A stretch of DNA of 64,000 nucleotides from Amphiscolops sp. MND2022. Its lineage: Eukaryota. Where the stretch lies: positions 68,078,001 to 68,142,000 of the forward strand of contig OZ076409.1 of NCBI GenBank assembly GCA_964187785.1. The letters run 5' to 3'. Shown here in pieces: positions 1-11,817 of this stretch. The translations under genes were made by a program, and so were the position numbers. Numbering within the stretch: position 1 is the first letter of the stretch; each line of letters begins with the position of its first letter. The notes below the pieces were generated by a model. That model saw only the letters and a program-made list of their open reading frames with translations, did not search any database and was not told the DNA's origin.

Positions 1-1999
1 CAAAGACACCGGATTGACTCAAATATAGACCAAAACAAACAAAAATATCGAAACAGAATTTTATTCTTAGCAAATTTTCAGCAACTTTTCGAGAGATGTT
101 GTATATTAGAACAATAAAAACGTTCAACAAGGAACAAATTTGTAGTTCAGTAGGCTTTTCAGAAAAACTTGCAGTTTGATAAAACAGAATGCTTCAAATG
201 GACATCGAAAAAAAAACAAAATTTAATAATTTTCATGAAGTTTTTGTCAAAATTTCGATGGCGTTTGCGGATTAGAACGTAGACGTTCACCCAAGAAACA
301 ATTTTGTCTGAAAGGAGCTTTTGGCAAGATCAATGATATTCGGTGATGAAAAATTGCCACTGAATGACTGCAAAAGTTCGAAAAACTACGAAACTTTTGA
401 CTTTTTAACCCAATTTTTCGAAAATTTTGTGAGGTAAAACATCGCCTCCGTTCAACAACAATTGTCTTCGTTGTCTAGTAGGTTTTTTGATGGCCTGAAT
501 TCTACTATTCATTGGAAATTTGTCTCACATTGACCACGAAAACTTCCAGTTTATGTCGTCTTTCATGTTTATTTGTGTACAATTGCAAAAATTTTTGTAG
601 ATCAGAAGGTACATAACGTTCAAAAAAGAACAATTTGAAAAATAATGCAGTGTTTTGCTTCAAAAACACTTCGGAAACTCCCCAATGAGTCGAAAAATAG
701 ATGAAATCCACTTTTTGAACTTTTATGCAACATTTATGGTTATTTTGAAAAGTTTCGAGAGTTGTTACAATGGTAAAAAAAACTGAACAACAAGTGGAGT
801 CAAAATCTACTTGGCTTTTTTGAAGAGAACTTTGCCAGATTGTGATTGAAAAAAAAACCTGAAATGGACCTGAAAAACCGAAACAATCAAAATTTTCCAG
901 TTTCAACAAGTTTAGGGAAAAGTTTCAGATTTTCAAAAGTTTCGTGAGTCAGGCGGTTGTAAATGTACTAAACGACTTATTAATCTTTACAGTACGCTTT
1001 TTAAAGGAGAACTTGGTATTTTTCTAGGTAGACTTTTATCTGAATAACACCAACTTCTTTCTTCCGAATTGAGAGTTTTTCAAGAGGAAATGAAAATTTT
1101 TGTGGAATTTCGTTTGTTAGAAAAAGTAACAGTTAGAAAGAACTAATTTAGTAGGATTTTTGAAAGTGAATTACAGCTTTACATTTGTGTCTCAAAATGA
1201 CCTCGAAAACTGTCGAAAAACTCAATGTTTCTTCACATTTTTAGAAATTTTAGAACAATTTGAAACGTTTCTTAATTTAGGTTGTTTGAAAAATTGAAAA
1301 AGAAGAAATAGCTATGCAGTTTGCATTTTGTTGCAAAAATTGTCGCTCTGTGCGTAAATATCCGAATGAACGTAACAAATTCTGATAAGTTCAAACTTCT
1401 CTTTATGAAATTTTTGTGAAACTTCAGAGATTTCGTGAATCAAAGTCTTGAAACACTCAACGACGATTGGAACAGCTGCTATCCTGTAGCAATCTCTGTA
1501 GCGATACTTGCAGTATCAAAAAATGCCTCAAAAGGCCTCCCGAAGTAGTCGAAAAAGTCGAAATTTTCCAATTTTTCGTAATTTGGAATGTTTATAATAA
1601 AAATTTGAAAAGTTGTGTAATTGAGGAGTTTGAAAAAGCTCTATACGATTTAATTAGGTTTGCAAAAAAATGGACTTGACAGTCTTGTATCTAGAAGTTC
1701 CGCATTTTGACCCAAAATAATCGAAAATCGAAAGTTTAGACAGTTTTTGCAAATTTTGGCGCAATTTGCGAGCTACTCCATGAGTAAGAATGGTGTAAAG
1801 ATTCAATAACCACCAAAATTGTTTTCAAGAAGGCATTTCGAAAAAGGTATCTACACTTTCACTAAAACGTGTCTCAAAATGACCCCAAAATAGTCGAAAA
1901 GATCAAAACATTCCGATTTTTGACATTTTAGTATCTTTTGTGCTAAAAACATGGTATGCTAGGTACTGGCATCCCCACAGTTTGACTACATACAATTGG

Positions 2000-2950
2000 A
2001 TATTTTGTGTGGTTTTGAAGTAAGTGTTTCCTTTCGAAATGGGATGAGCTTAATCAAAACGTAAAAACGTTTCTCTTCAAACCTCGATTTCATAGTGCAT
2101 CTGCAACAGTTGAGACTCGTTGCTTGTACAGTTTGGACGGAAAATATCCTGCTGGTCAGCGAGCGTCTTGTTACTGTTTCCACCGTAAATTAGGTAACTG
2201 GTATGATTCGTTTTCTCTTCTTTGTTTTGTAAACCTAATACCATATTCATTTGGGAGATTCATATGGGTATCCCTGATCTTGACCTAGATTCGGCTAAGA
2301 AGTAGTCAAAACTTCCCCTACTAGTCCCTCACGTGCTTTTCTGTGAGAGCAAATGTCTTTTAAGTGCCTTTGTTGACCATTTATTTCGACACATTCGATG
2401 TTGGCCATGGGGTGGACCACCGATGTGCTCCTAACGGAAAGGTTCAAATCTTCATCTAGAATTACAGAAAAACCATGCTTCGAACATGCTTTTGATTTGT
2501 TTGTTTTTATTGAGGTATATTCGCTCTACATCACTGCTCACCGAGCGTTCAGGGACACTCCATGCCGAAACGCGCCATCAATTATACCCTGGGTAATCCA
2601 GAACAACTCAATAATTTTATGTGGAACCAACCCTGTAAGTGTCGTGGATTTCAACTAAATTTCAAAGTTTTAAAACGAAAGCAAATCTTTTAGAATTGAA
2701 GTTTTTCCATAGATGGTTCACTAGTGAACCATCGGTGAATAAGATCTCATCTGAGGCGAATTCGTATCCACTGGTGGCTGGGCATCAGCAGATTTCACTG
2801 GAGTGTCAGTACGGGTGGTACCTCTTGAGTTTCCTACCTGTTAGTCAGATCCAGGGTATCATCGACGCCTGCCTCTGTTGCTTCTGTCTGGTCAGTTGTG
2901 CCAGAAACCACCGATCGGGGTGTGAATTCCATATTTGGTAAGTTGGTGCG
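2000..2950 (-). pseudogene. Possible highly decayed BEL/Pao RNaseH-integrase remnant
   Basis: Fragmentary minus-strand motifs resemble BEL 'ANRVxEIQE...W.H...AD' (~2770-2850), with a CxxC near 2100. No continuous ORF. Confidence 0.25.
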
Positions 2951-5464
2951 TGTCTGGAAAAATGAATCGTTCAAGTTGTTCACCTCCTGAGAGCTGAATT
3001 TAGTAAAAGGCTCACATACATGGTTTTATGCCCAAAAACTTTATTTATTGCCTCATTTGATCTAAAAGTGCTTCCATGGCTTTTATACCAAAACAAATGG
3101 GCTATATTTAGTGTGTCCATTTTTTCAAAATATTCGAGAATGTTAAATCTATTCTTCAGGGGAAAAACTAATTTTCTTCAATATGTAACGGGGTTAACTC
3201 AGGAAAAATGCAATTCATTACTTCAGAGTGTTTTTTCGAATACCCAATCAACTTTTGCGTGAGCCTTTTCCTTGATTTGACACTTTGGCAACAGGCAGTT
3301 GTTAGTAACTATACAAAATGTATTTCAAAGACCCATGTATATAACTATCTGTATAGAAGCTCAACTTTCAACTCAGTCGAGCCGACAGAACACACGCCGT
3401 ATTGACCAATGTATTCGAATACAGTAGATTATTAAAAATGAAAGTATCATAAAAATATGGTAAAAATTATTACATTAGTTGAGATGGCTTACTTTTATGC
3501 CGTGCCATTTTGAAGAGTGTTCATCTGTGTTGTCAGTGTGAGCTGAAACCATTTATTCAATTTAGCGCTCGTTTAAATCGACTTGGTCATTTTGACCATT
3601 TTCGAGAGAGCGAAGCAAAAACGAGCCAAATTAAAGTTCGCTTTAGCTTTTTGCGAAGCTGTGTCAACTTGGCACTATGCAAGCATGCAGCTTCAATTTT
3701 GCTCACATTCAAAAAGTGAATGTTAGTTGGTTTTCGTTCGTGTTACTGGAGAAGAATTTATATGGTAGCTCTTCGATTAGATGGCGTTAAGATAATCATC
3801 CGAATTGGTTATAGAGAAGCCATCAGATTGTTGAGCCAAAAAGTGTACATAAGAGGTACAAAATTTTTATTAACGAGAGGTTGGTTGTATAATATTGAGC
3901 GAAGATGAAATGTAGATAATTTTAATGCATATTTTTCTATTGATAGCGACAATAACGGATCGTTCACATTTACATGAACAGTAGTAATCATTCGGTTTTC
4001 CGATACTTCCATATCGTTCATTTCAATAGACCTAATTCAATTTAACTGGTGTGGAAAAAAACAACGTAAAACGTTAGAAACTTAACCCTAAATGGACGAG
4101 GAAATTTCTGGATTCATCCAAAACTCTGGTGCTTAAACTTTAAACCGGAATATCTCCTAAACTACTCAAGTCCGACAAACGATTTATAGCGCGTTCGAAA
4201 GAAGACAATCATGATTAGGTTGAAATGAACATGAAATTAGGTCTGTTGAAATGAACGATATGGAAGTTTCGGAAAACCGAATGATTACTATTTTTCATGT
4301 AAATGTCCTGCAGGGCTTTCAATTTGATTTTTGAACTGCTGGGCTGGGGCCCACGCTTCGCCGCACTGGCTCCGGACTTTGCGCCACAACTTTGCACTCC
4401 GCGTGTTTTTGACTGCATTTCAGCATGTTTCAAAACATGTTATGGCCACTTTGACCCAATTTTGATACCAGTGGGATAAAGTGGCTATAAACGAAAACGG
4501 AAAAAAACGGAAAATCTGCGCTGATTTTTGTTTTGATTATTTGGTCCGGTTTTTTTGATTTTGGAGACAGCATGCCAATATCCCGTGAAAAGGCATGCAA
4601 TGCTATGTAATATCGTCTGAAAATCTTATTCAAGAGTTTTTTTACCATACGGTCAGCTGGTTCGTTCAGAAGTTTGCAGAAACTAATTGAGACGAATACG
4701 TCCCAATGGTCCATTTAGGGTTAAAATCAAAATTTAACAACCTAAAACTTCGAAAAATCCCGATATTAGGTTTCGAACAATTAATTTATAAGGAACTGCT
4801 TAGTTTATGATTCAAGTTGTCGAAAAGAAAGTTGAAGACTATTGTCTTGAACTTGCCCGCAATTTATAGAGTTGTCTCTATGACTTTGAGCAAGGTTGAG
4901 ATTATTTAAATTAGCTGCGACATATATGCGAGAAATTTATCGATGTATTTCCAGCGTTACGCTCCGGACCTTTGGAGTCCACACACATACTTATTGCTAT
5001 TTGTATCTGCAGTATGACTCTTTGATGTACAGCTTAAGTAATGGCTCTCTGCATTTAGAACTACATAGCGTCTCTCGTTTCATTAGGCCTCAGACTGAAT
5101 TGCTGATCAATTTCGCCACTGATTACTTCAATGTTTCGAAACATTTTTCATAATTTTCTCTGCTTTCTATTGATCTAAATTCTTCTCTGTTTTCTCCTCT
5201 TCACTAGGTAAGTTGGGGGTAATGTCCTTATTTAATTCATGAGATGAACTTTTTTATTCTGGCCTGTCTCTAACATAACTCCCTTGAAGATAATCATTTT
5301 TGCGAACTCTGAAATGATGCCTTTTTTACAATCGGGGTATCAACGTGCAACTTTTGTTTTATCAACAAAATTGTAGTTAATGTGAAGAACGTCCGAATAT
5401 AGTAAGCTGCCCAATCTCAGTATTATTGTTGTCTATCGAATCACCCATGTTGAGCTTTCCTTGG

Positions 5465-5491
5465 TGTCCCAGGCGTCCGCCTGAGATGGCA
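5465..5491 (+). repeat. First 27 bp of the element B 5' LTR, separated from the rest by element A
   Basis: tgtcccaggcgtccgcctgagatggca matches 38200-38226 with one mismatch, and the match continues at 24703. Confidence 0.9.
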
Positions 5492-6224
5492 TGTAACGAC
5501 AAGCTCTCACCATTGTCGCCGTAACCATAAGAGTAGGAGGAACACATGGCATGGGTATTTGCCCGGGACAGGCGCCCATGGCCATGAGTCCATTTTGCCT
5601 CCTTCGGGTAAGAAATGTCCCGTCAGAGGAGGATTCCGCTTCTTGTGAAGTGCTCGCCGGCCTGATCCAGTCTGTAATTGCTATCAGTAGTGCGCATTAC
5701 GCTTTTTCTTCGAAACCAACACTTAGACAGCCTTTAAAAAATGCAAGTGGTGGAAAGGAAAAATCAAATTTTTTCGAAGTTACACAGGAGATCGAAACGA
5801 GTAGCTCACGAGCTGTTACAATAAGAAAATACGAAAATTACTACATAATTAGCACTTTTGAGGCAGCAATTAGCCGGGACACAAGCACGGATGCTTGGTC
5901 AAGCTAATTGACTCATTTTTGGTAATCACAGCGTCTTGTAACGCTTCGCTGAAGAAAGCACTGGTTAGAACAAAGTTCAGTCCGTTTTGGCAGAAATTTG
6001 AGTCTTTTTCTGACAGCGGCTGTATTTTTCTGCAGTCTTCTTGTTCGGTTGGGGTCTCTCTCGAGTCTTTTGCTCAAATTCTCTTCAATTCCGTGGGCAG
6101 GTACTTGAATAAAGACACGCTGCCGTCTAGCGGAATATGACTCTTTAGTAGAGGAGATATAGTCCCTTGAACGAAATTTTCATCGAAATTTTCGAAATCG
6201 TGCACTCGATAGGTAATCGCTACA
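5492..6224 (-). repeat. Element A 3' LTR (733 bp)
   Basis: TGTAACGA...TCGCTACA imperfect terminal inverted repeat. Direct repeat of 23969-24702. Confidence 0.95.
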
Positions 6225-6240
6225 TACACTCCCCGGGGTC
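6225..6240 (-). other. Putative polypurine tract of element A
   Basis: Minus strand reads gaccccggggagtgta immediately before the 3' LTR. The purine run is short. Confidence 0.45.
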
Positions 6241-7235
6241 TAGTCTTGACGTCCCCGTCAAGTGTGGGTTGGCGTCATCGAGTCTGTACCCAGAGTCACC
6301 TGTGTCCCACTGAGGAGGTAGAGTGCACATCAAGTAGCGCTGGGCAGTTCATTGGGACATCGTCAAGTTGGCCTCGTGGAAGTGTTTTTGACCCAGCGTT
6401 GCTGCATTTTGATCAAATCAACACCACTTTGTATACAAATCTTATACGGCAAGGTCATTATTTTTTGTAGCCTGTCGTGAGCAATTCAGGCGTTAAAATT
6501 TCTTTTCGGCCATTCAAGAAAAATTTTTTATTTGCCGTTAGTGTTAAAACTTGTTTTAAGGTCAACGACCATCACATGACTGTTCGAAACTTATTTTCCG
6601 AAGCTCGGGAGCTTCGCACTACTTGGCGTTTGATAAAAGTTCTTTTGGTAAGCAGTTGCCATAAAATCAATCAATTAGTACGGTCAATTTAAAATTTCTT
6701 TTGCGAGACTTACTCTCGATCCTATCAGGTAGCTCAAGAAAAACAATGGTCGAGGTTCATCAATCTTTTTATTCTATCCATTTCTCATCTCTCCCTTTTT
6801 GTTTCCTTTTCCTTCATTTTTTCTTTTTGTCTTTTTCGACAATAGCAACAGTGTAAACAATCACTAGTAACTAAAAGGGTGTAATAGCACCGAAAATTTA
6901 GAGCACGGAGTGCGCACAGCGCATCCACATCTAGCATAAGGTAGCATGAAAAAGCACTAACTGCAAACACAAATTGCAAGTTGAATATTGCATCTAACTA
7001 AGGCAAGGCAAAGACGCAGTTTCATGGTTGGGTTGCCGGTCCCAAAACGGAATAGTAAGGAGGATGAAGCCCGGGGGCTTCATCTCCACTTGGAGATTTT
7101 TACCCATGACCAATTGGCACTTCCATAATCGAAGTTTAGCAACAACAGAGATTGAAACCATGAGATTTCGCAAAAGTTCATCTAGCGTAAGACTATTGAA
7201 GTTAGAAATCGAATGGCGACAATGTTAGGTTTGTT

Positions 7236-10200
7236 TTACTGGGTGGCGGAGGAGTGACGCGCTCTGGGGGAGACGTCGGCCTTTGGTTGCAGTTCGGACA
7301 GGGATCCTCTTCGCGTATTTCCTTCTCGCAGGACTGGCTTTGGTTCGGCGCTGGCAGTTTCATGGGTCCTGGGAGTCGTGTTTGAGCCACTAGGGCCATC
7401 TTCTGCGGCTACGGGAGTTGAGGCTTCTGGCGAATGTTCTTGCGCTGCATTGGCTGAGCCACTAACATTGGCAGAACTTGTGGTCGACGTGGAGATTGGG
7501 ATCTGCACGTCCAATCTACTGGCATTAAACAGGTGCGGTAGATCTAGCGGTCTATTGCGGGTGGCAATGGGTCGTTTCTGCTTGGCGCTGAGTTTCGGGC
7601 GTAGATCAGGTCGGCCCCAGAGCCCGCAGGCTCTGGACCAGTTGTCCCTGTTTGCATGTTCTATAATTTGTCTGGAGGCTTCCCATTCGGGTCCGAGGGG
7701 ATCACTCAGCAATTCCATGACGTGGTAGCAAGTCTCCGCTGGCATGTCGCTTCCCATAGTGACCCTCGCCTCTGGATTCCAAACAGGCATTGTCAGTGGG
7801 GGGATGATCAAACCTTTCAGGCGCCCTTGGCGTTCCTCCAGGGTCCTTGACATCCACACGCCTAGTTTGTAGTGATCGCGATAGGCGTACTGCTCATCAA
7901 AGCCCTTCTCGACCATGCTGATTGGCTTAGACCGGATATAACCGATGGGTCCTCGCCAGTACCTGGCTGGAAGCTTGATCATTTGAAAATTATACTCCTG
8001 ATTTGTGTGACCGCCCATGGTTTGCACGCATTCGGTCACGTACTTTCTGAGGTGTGCGAAACTCCAATTAAATCGCTGTGGGATTCCAAGGTGATCTAGG
8101 GGCGAATTGTACCAATTCACCGGGCCGTATTCGCGAGGTAAGGGGCACGCCTTCTTCGTTCGGGCTTTGAGAATACCGGCCAGGTTTTCGTCTTGCTGCG
8201 TCTCATTCTTTATGGTGGTATACATGCGGGGTACTAGCAGAAACAGCCCACGTTCAAGCATCTGTTGATAGTTGTGCGGTTTTACGTTCTTCAGATAAGT
8301 CAGGATGGATACTGTTAGTGTCTCCGAGGCCAGTCGCAGAGGCTTGGTGGGATAGCGAAGTATCCCGGTTGGGCCAAATATCGGAGTTAGCACGGGTGCT
8401 AACACCGGTACAAGATCTTCGACTTCAGCCAAAGTGAAATCTGCCAGCTGGTTAGGTGTCAAAAATCCAGCTACCTCGGTCACTAGCTGACGTCCGTCAT
8501 ATAATGGTTGGTGCTTATCCACCCCCACGAAAAGTCCCGAGGCAAAGACCAGACTGCAATATATCCAGTGATATAACGAAGTTGTCATGCGCTCCAGGTG
8601 AGCGGGATAATCCTGAGCGTCTTTTCGTTGTAACAGCTTGGCTAAGGCGGTGAGGCCTGAGATATTCCCTCGTGCAATCACTAAATATGAAAATAGCCAT
8701 TCCAGATTACACTCGGTAACCAGGTCGGTCAATATCATCATTGGGCCAGCTACGAAGCGTTTCTGCCCGAAAGTGAGCATCAGTGCAAAGAGTTCGTTTA
8801 CTTGCATGGTACCGATAATCTCGCTGATTTCGATCAACCAGTTCTCGTCTAAATCGAACTCAACTCGAATAACATCGGGACTCCAACCCAATCCCAAACA
8901 GATGGCAAACTGGTCGGTTGACATCCCAAGCTCTTTTGCAGTGTCTGCTACGGTGGTAGTTTTTAGCCGCTGGTACCAGGCGTCGTAGGTGCTGCTGAAG
9001 GCTTGGATTTCAGCCTGAGTCTCGCTCGTCAGTTTTGCAGCAATGTACTTCATTCCCACTGATAATTGGTCAATTGTGAGGTCCTGGGCAAATTGAACTC
9101 GCGGGATGGCTCGTTCTACTTCTCGGTCACTGGGGACTTTGCTCATTATGGCAGTGACTTCCGCAAGATCAGTTTTAATACAAGTCTTTCCACCGGAGGA
9201 GCGCGCGCGCTCTATCCAGTTATTCAGGCGGATTGCCTCACATTCAGCCGTACTGGGTTCTGGGACTCGCCTTTCTCCGTCGTTGTTGAATACTAACAAG
9301 CCCATACGAGTGCCGTGATCAAAATAGATGGCATCATCGATTGTCAGCTGCGCGTTCCCTGTCTTTTCCACTGACTGTAGCACTTTAGACACTGAGGCAA
9401 CATACCCCATGTAGGAAAGCCAGGAGGGACGAAAGTCGTTGGAGCTGATCCGCATATTGGGCGCGCAGATCGCAAAGTCTATTTCTCTACATTTGCAAAT
9501 TTCTGTTACCATGTAGATAAATCTCTGCAAGGCGGGAGGCCACTGGCAGAAACCTGGGGGTGTCACAAACAGGGCTGTCACCTTGAGTTTATCCTTTAAG
9601 ATGTTTTGGGCCTTTTCCATGGCTCGGGCCATGTTCAGTGCTGCGTTGCGTACTGTTGTTCGCTGTGCTGGACTTGGATTTATAATTTCAACGTTCGCGA
9701 TCTGGGCCATTAGTCCTTCACAGGCCATGTGATCGAAAACGTTACTGATGATTACTCTGCGTGGGGGTGGCTCTTTGAAGGTCCCCGTCATCTCAGGGTC
9801 AAACATGGTGACCAACACTTCGGCCATCTCGGGAATACGTGACAGCGGTAGAGTAAAAACCATCACGTCTGACAGCACATTGTCAATGGGGACATTCTTG
9901 AGGAATGTTGAGTCTATAAGTAAGGCGAAGCGCGCACGCTGCAACCTTTCTTTTGGCATTGGTAGCTGGGCTTCGAGGTCACGGGCGTACCGTGGGTTGA
10001 TCTCGAAGGTCTCTCCAGCGTTGAGGAAACATCGATTAGCGAATTGCCCACGAAGGTCAATGTTGAGGGCGTCCAGGTAATTGTCTTCCACGTTTGGCAG
10101 CATATTCATTGCCTTCCCTAGCCATGGCGGCTCATTGGTAGGGGTGTGGTCGGGGCGGATTGGACGATTCATGAATACAGGTACATTCGCCTTCTTCAAT

Positions 10201-10667
10201 TTCGCATGCTCTTCGTCATTCGGAGGACACATGTTCTTCTCAAATAGCCATTCGGGCGATACTATAACTGCCGATTCCCAGATACGTCGGGAGTCCTTGG
10301 TGATCAGTGTGCCCTTTGTGTTTTGCATTGGACTCAGGTACGTCGGTTGTTTCGTAAAGGTCCTCTTAGTTGGGTGTTGAATTGCCTGTTTGCGGAGTGG
10401 GGTTCCAGTTGGACCACTGTTGGTTACCTTCAATCCTGGGTAATCACCCATTATGTCCTTGACAGTTCGCTGAGATTCAGGGGTGCCTTGATAACCCACA
10501 GTTTGCTCCGTTTGTGGCTGTCTTGATGTAGAAGGCTTAGGAGTCGCTCGTTGAGCCAGCGACTCGCGTGTTGTAGACTGCGTGGATGGTGGCTGCGGCA
10601 GTCCTTGTTGTTCGCCTGTTACGTCCGGTTGTGATTGGGGTGAGGGAAGCACGGATGCTTCCGACAC
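7236..10667 (-). CDS. Element A accessory ORF2b (1143 aa; frame open to 10898) with a degenerate SGNH/GDSL hydrolase-like domain
   Basis: Long intact ORF downstream of pol. Motifs LLIDST, FTLPLSRI, RVIISNVFD, LFVTPPG and NDFRPS fall in SGNH block order (~9935-9375). No in-frame ATG at its 5' end, so it is probably continuous with ORF2a. Confidence 0.75.
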   Translation of the reverse strand: MSEASVLPSPQSQPDVTGEQQGLPQPPSTQSTTRESLAQRATPKPSTSRQPQTEQTVGYQGTPESQRTVKDIMGDYPGLKVTNSGPTGTPLRKQAIQHPTKRTFTKQPTYLSPMQNTKGTLITKDSRRIWESAVIVSPEWLFEKNMCPPNDEEHAKLKKANVPVFMNRPIRPDHTPTNEPPWLGKAMNMLPNVEDNYLDALNIDLRGQFANRCFLNAGETFEINPRYARDLEAQLPMPKERLQRARFALLIDSTFLKNVPIDNVLSDVMVFTLPLSRIPEMAEVLVTMFDPEMTGTFKEPPPRRVIISNVFDHMACEGLMAQIANVEIINPSPAQRTTVRNAALNMARAMEKAQNILKDKLKVTALFVTPPGFCQWPPALQRFIYMVTEICKCREIDFAICAPNMRISSNDFRPSWLSYMGYVASVSKVLQSVEKTGNAQLTIDDAIYFDHGTRMGLLVFNNDGERRVPEPSTAECEAIRLNNWIERARSSGGKTCIKTDLAEVTAIMSKVPSDREVERAIPRVQFAQDLTIDQLSVGMKYIAAKLTSETQAEIQAFSSTYDAWYQRLKTTTVADTAKELGMSTDQFAICLGLGWSPDVIRVEFDLDENWLIEISEIIGTMQVNELFALMLTFGQKRFVAGPMMILTDLVTECNLEWLFSYLVIARGNISGLTALAKLLQRKDAQDYPAHLERMTTSLYHWIYCSLVFASGLFVGVDKHQPLYDGRQLVTEVAGFLTPNQLADFTLAEVEDLVPVLAPVLTPIFGPTGILRYPTKPLRLASETLTVSILTYLKNVKPHNYQQMLERGLFLLVPRMYTTIKNETQQDENLAGILKARTKKACPLPREYGPVNWYNSPLDHLGIPQRFNWSFAHLRKYVTECVQTMGGHTNQEYNFQMIKLPARYWRGPIGYIRSKPISMVEKGFDEQYAYRDHYKLGVWMSRTLEERQGRLKGLIIPPLTMPVWNPEARVTMGSDMPAETCYHVMELLSDPLGPEWEASRQIIEHANRDNWSRACGLWGRPDLRPKLSAKQKRPIATRNRPLDLPHLFNASRLDVQIPISTSTTSSANVSGSANAAQEHSPEASTPVAAEDGPSGSNTTPRTHETASAEPKPVLREGNTRRGSLSELQPKADVSPRARHSSATQ

Positions 10668-11593
10668 TTTTGATTTTGTTTGGTTTGGCGTTTTGGAGGT
10701 TGTGGTCTTCTCGTTGGAGATCTTTTTGTCGGGTGGTGGCTTGCTCGAGGGGCTGTCAGTGGTTGTTGAGTCTTTTTTGTTGGAGAAGGGTCGTTGCGTT
10801 TTCTGGAGGCAGGGCGGCTCTCTCCTCCCCCCTTTTGAGAAGAGCGGGAAGGCGAACGACTGCGCTCTACAGTCACGGTGCGGGAGTGTCCTGGCTGTTC
10901 AGACTGAGGATTGATGTGGGGAATAGTGATGACATCTTGACGTGTTTGAGTTGAAGTGACATTGTCGTTGCGAATAGTAACAGTGGGCAGAGCAATTCGG
11001 CGTAGTTCAGGCCAACACTGCTCCATGGATCGCATGAAATCATCGTAATTGGGGTTGACAGCTACTGCTTGCAGTGCTGAGATGACTGCTTGCTCCGCCA
11101 TTGATTGATTAGGCAAGTTAGGCACTATAGGAGCAGGAGTGCGCGCACGCACTACTGCTTGTGGTGTTGATGCAGGAGGTGGCGGTGGAGGTGGAGGCGG
11201 GCAAGAAGGGATCTGTAGAGATCTGGTTTGATGGACTCCGCCATTCGCAGGACTGTATGAGATCGCCGCACGATCATCCGTAAAGTGATGCGTGAGATCA
11301 TGGCCGTGCCACACTCCATCTTGGTATGTCATGGATCGTTGGAACCCAGGAAAGCCTGAAGTAATAGATATCGTCAGCATAGGGGCTTGCAATTGTGACT
11401 CCATCTGGGCTATGATTGCCGCCACCCCGGCAACTGTAGCTGGCGACAGACCTTGGTCGAGTCTGTCTCGAATAAAGGCAATTTGTGGGGTACGTTGGAC
11501 ACGCGCAGTGTCGTAGACGCGTTGCCCCAAGGCAGGAGAGTCATCTGAAGACCTTGGAGGGACGTTGTTGCTTCCATCGTTATCTTGGTTCAT
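10619..11593 (-). CDS. Element A accessory ORF2a (Pro/Ser/Arg-rich; likely N-terminal part of ORF2)
   Basis: ATG at 11593 (MNQDND), preceded by the splice-acceptor-like cactctttcag. Overlaps ORF2b, which is in the -1 frame. Confidence 0.65.
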   Translation of the reverse strand: MNQDNDGSNNVPPRSSDDSPALGQRVYDTARVQRTPQIAFIRDRLDQGLSPATVAGVAAIIAQMESQLQAPMLTISITSGFPGFQRSMTYQDGVWHGHDLTHHFTDDRAAISYSPANGGVHQTRSLQIPSCPPPPPPPPPASTPQAVVRARTPAPIVPNLPNQSMAEQAVISALQAVAVNPNYDDFMRSMEQCWPELRRIALPTVTIRNDNVTSTQTRQDVITIPHINPQSEQPGHSRTVTVERSRSPSRSSQKGGGESRPASRKRNDPSPTKKTQQPLTAPRASHHPTKRSPTRRPQPPKRQTKQNQKCRKHPCFPHPNHNRT

Positions 11594-11603
11594 GACGGTA
11601 ATT

Positions 11604-11620
11604 CTGAAAGAGTGCAGGTC
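11604..11620 (-). promoter_or_regulatory. Putative splice acceptor for a subgenomic ORF2 mRNA
   Basis: Minus strand reads cctgcactctttcAG|aattaccgtcATG, between the pol stop (11818) and the ORF2a ATG. Confidence 0.5.
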
Positions 11621-11817
11621 GATTGTAGCACACTTGATAGTAGGGCAGTACCATAGGTCATTTTGAGGGTAATACCAGGGAAAGTAATAGAATATCACAC
11701 ATTAACATTGAAGAAAAAGGTAACTTATTAGTTTCAAATAAACTCCGTGTCGATTCACTAAACTTAATCGAGCGGACAAAAAACAAAACAACGAAAAAAA
11801 AGAAGAAAGCAAAAGTT

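Noticed and set aside
1..5459. Short ORFs in the AT-rich left flank (also 39700-42000 and 58700-59630)
   Set aside because: Low-complexity F/K/I-rich translations with no motifs or consistent exon structure; likely decayed repeats.
7236..10667. Canonical retroviral/errantiviral env
   Set aside because: No signal peptide, furin cleavage site, Cys pattern or C-terminal TM anchor is evident.
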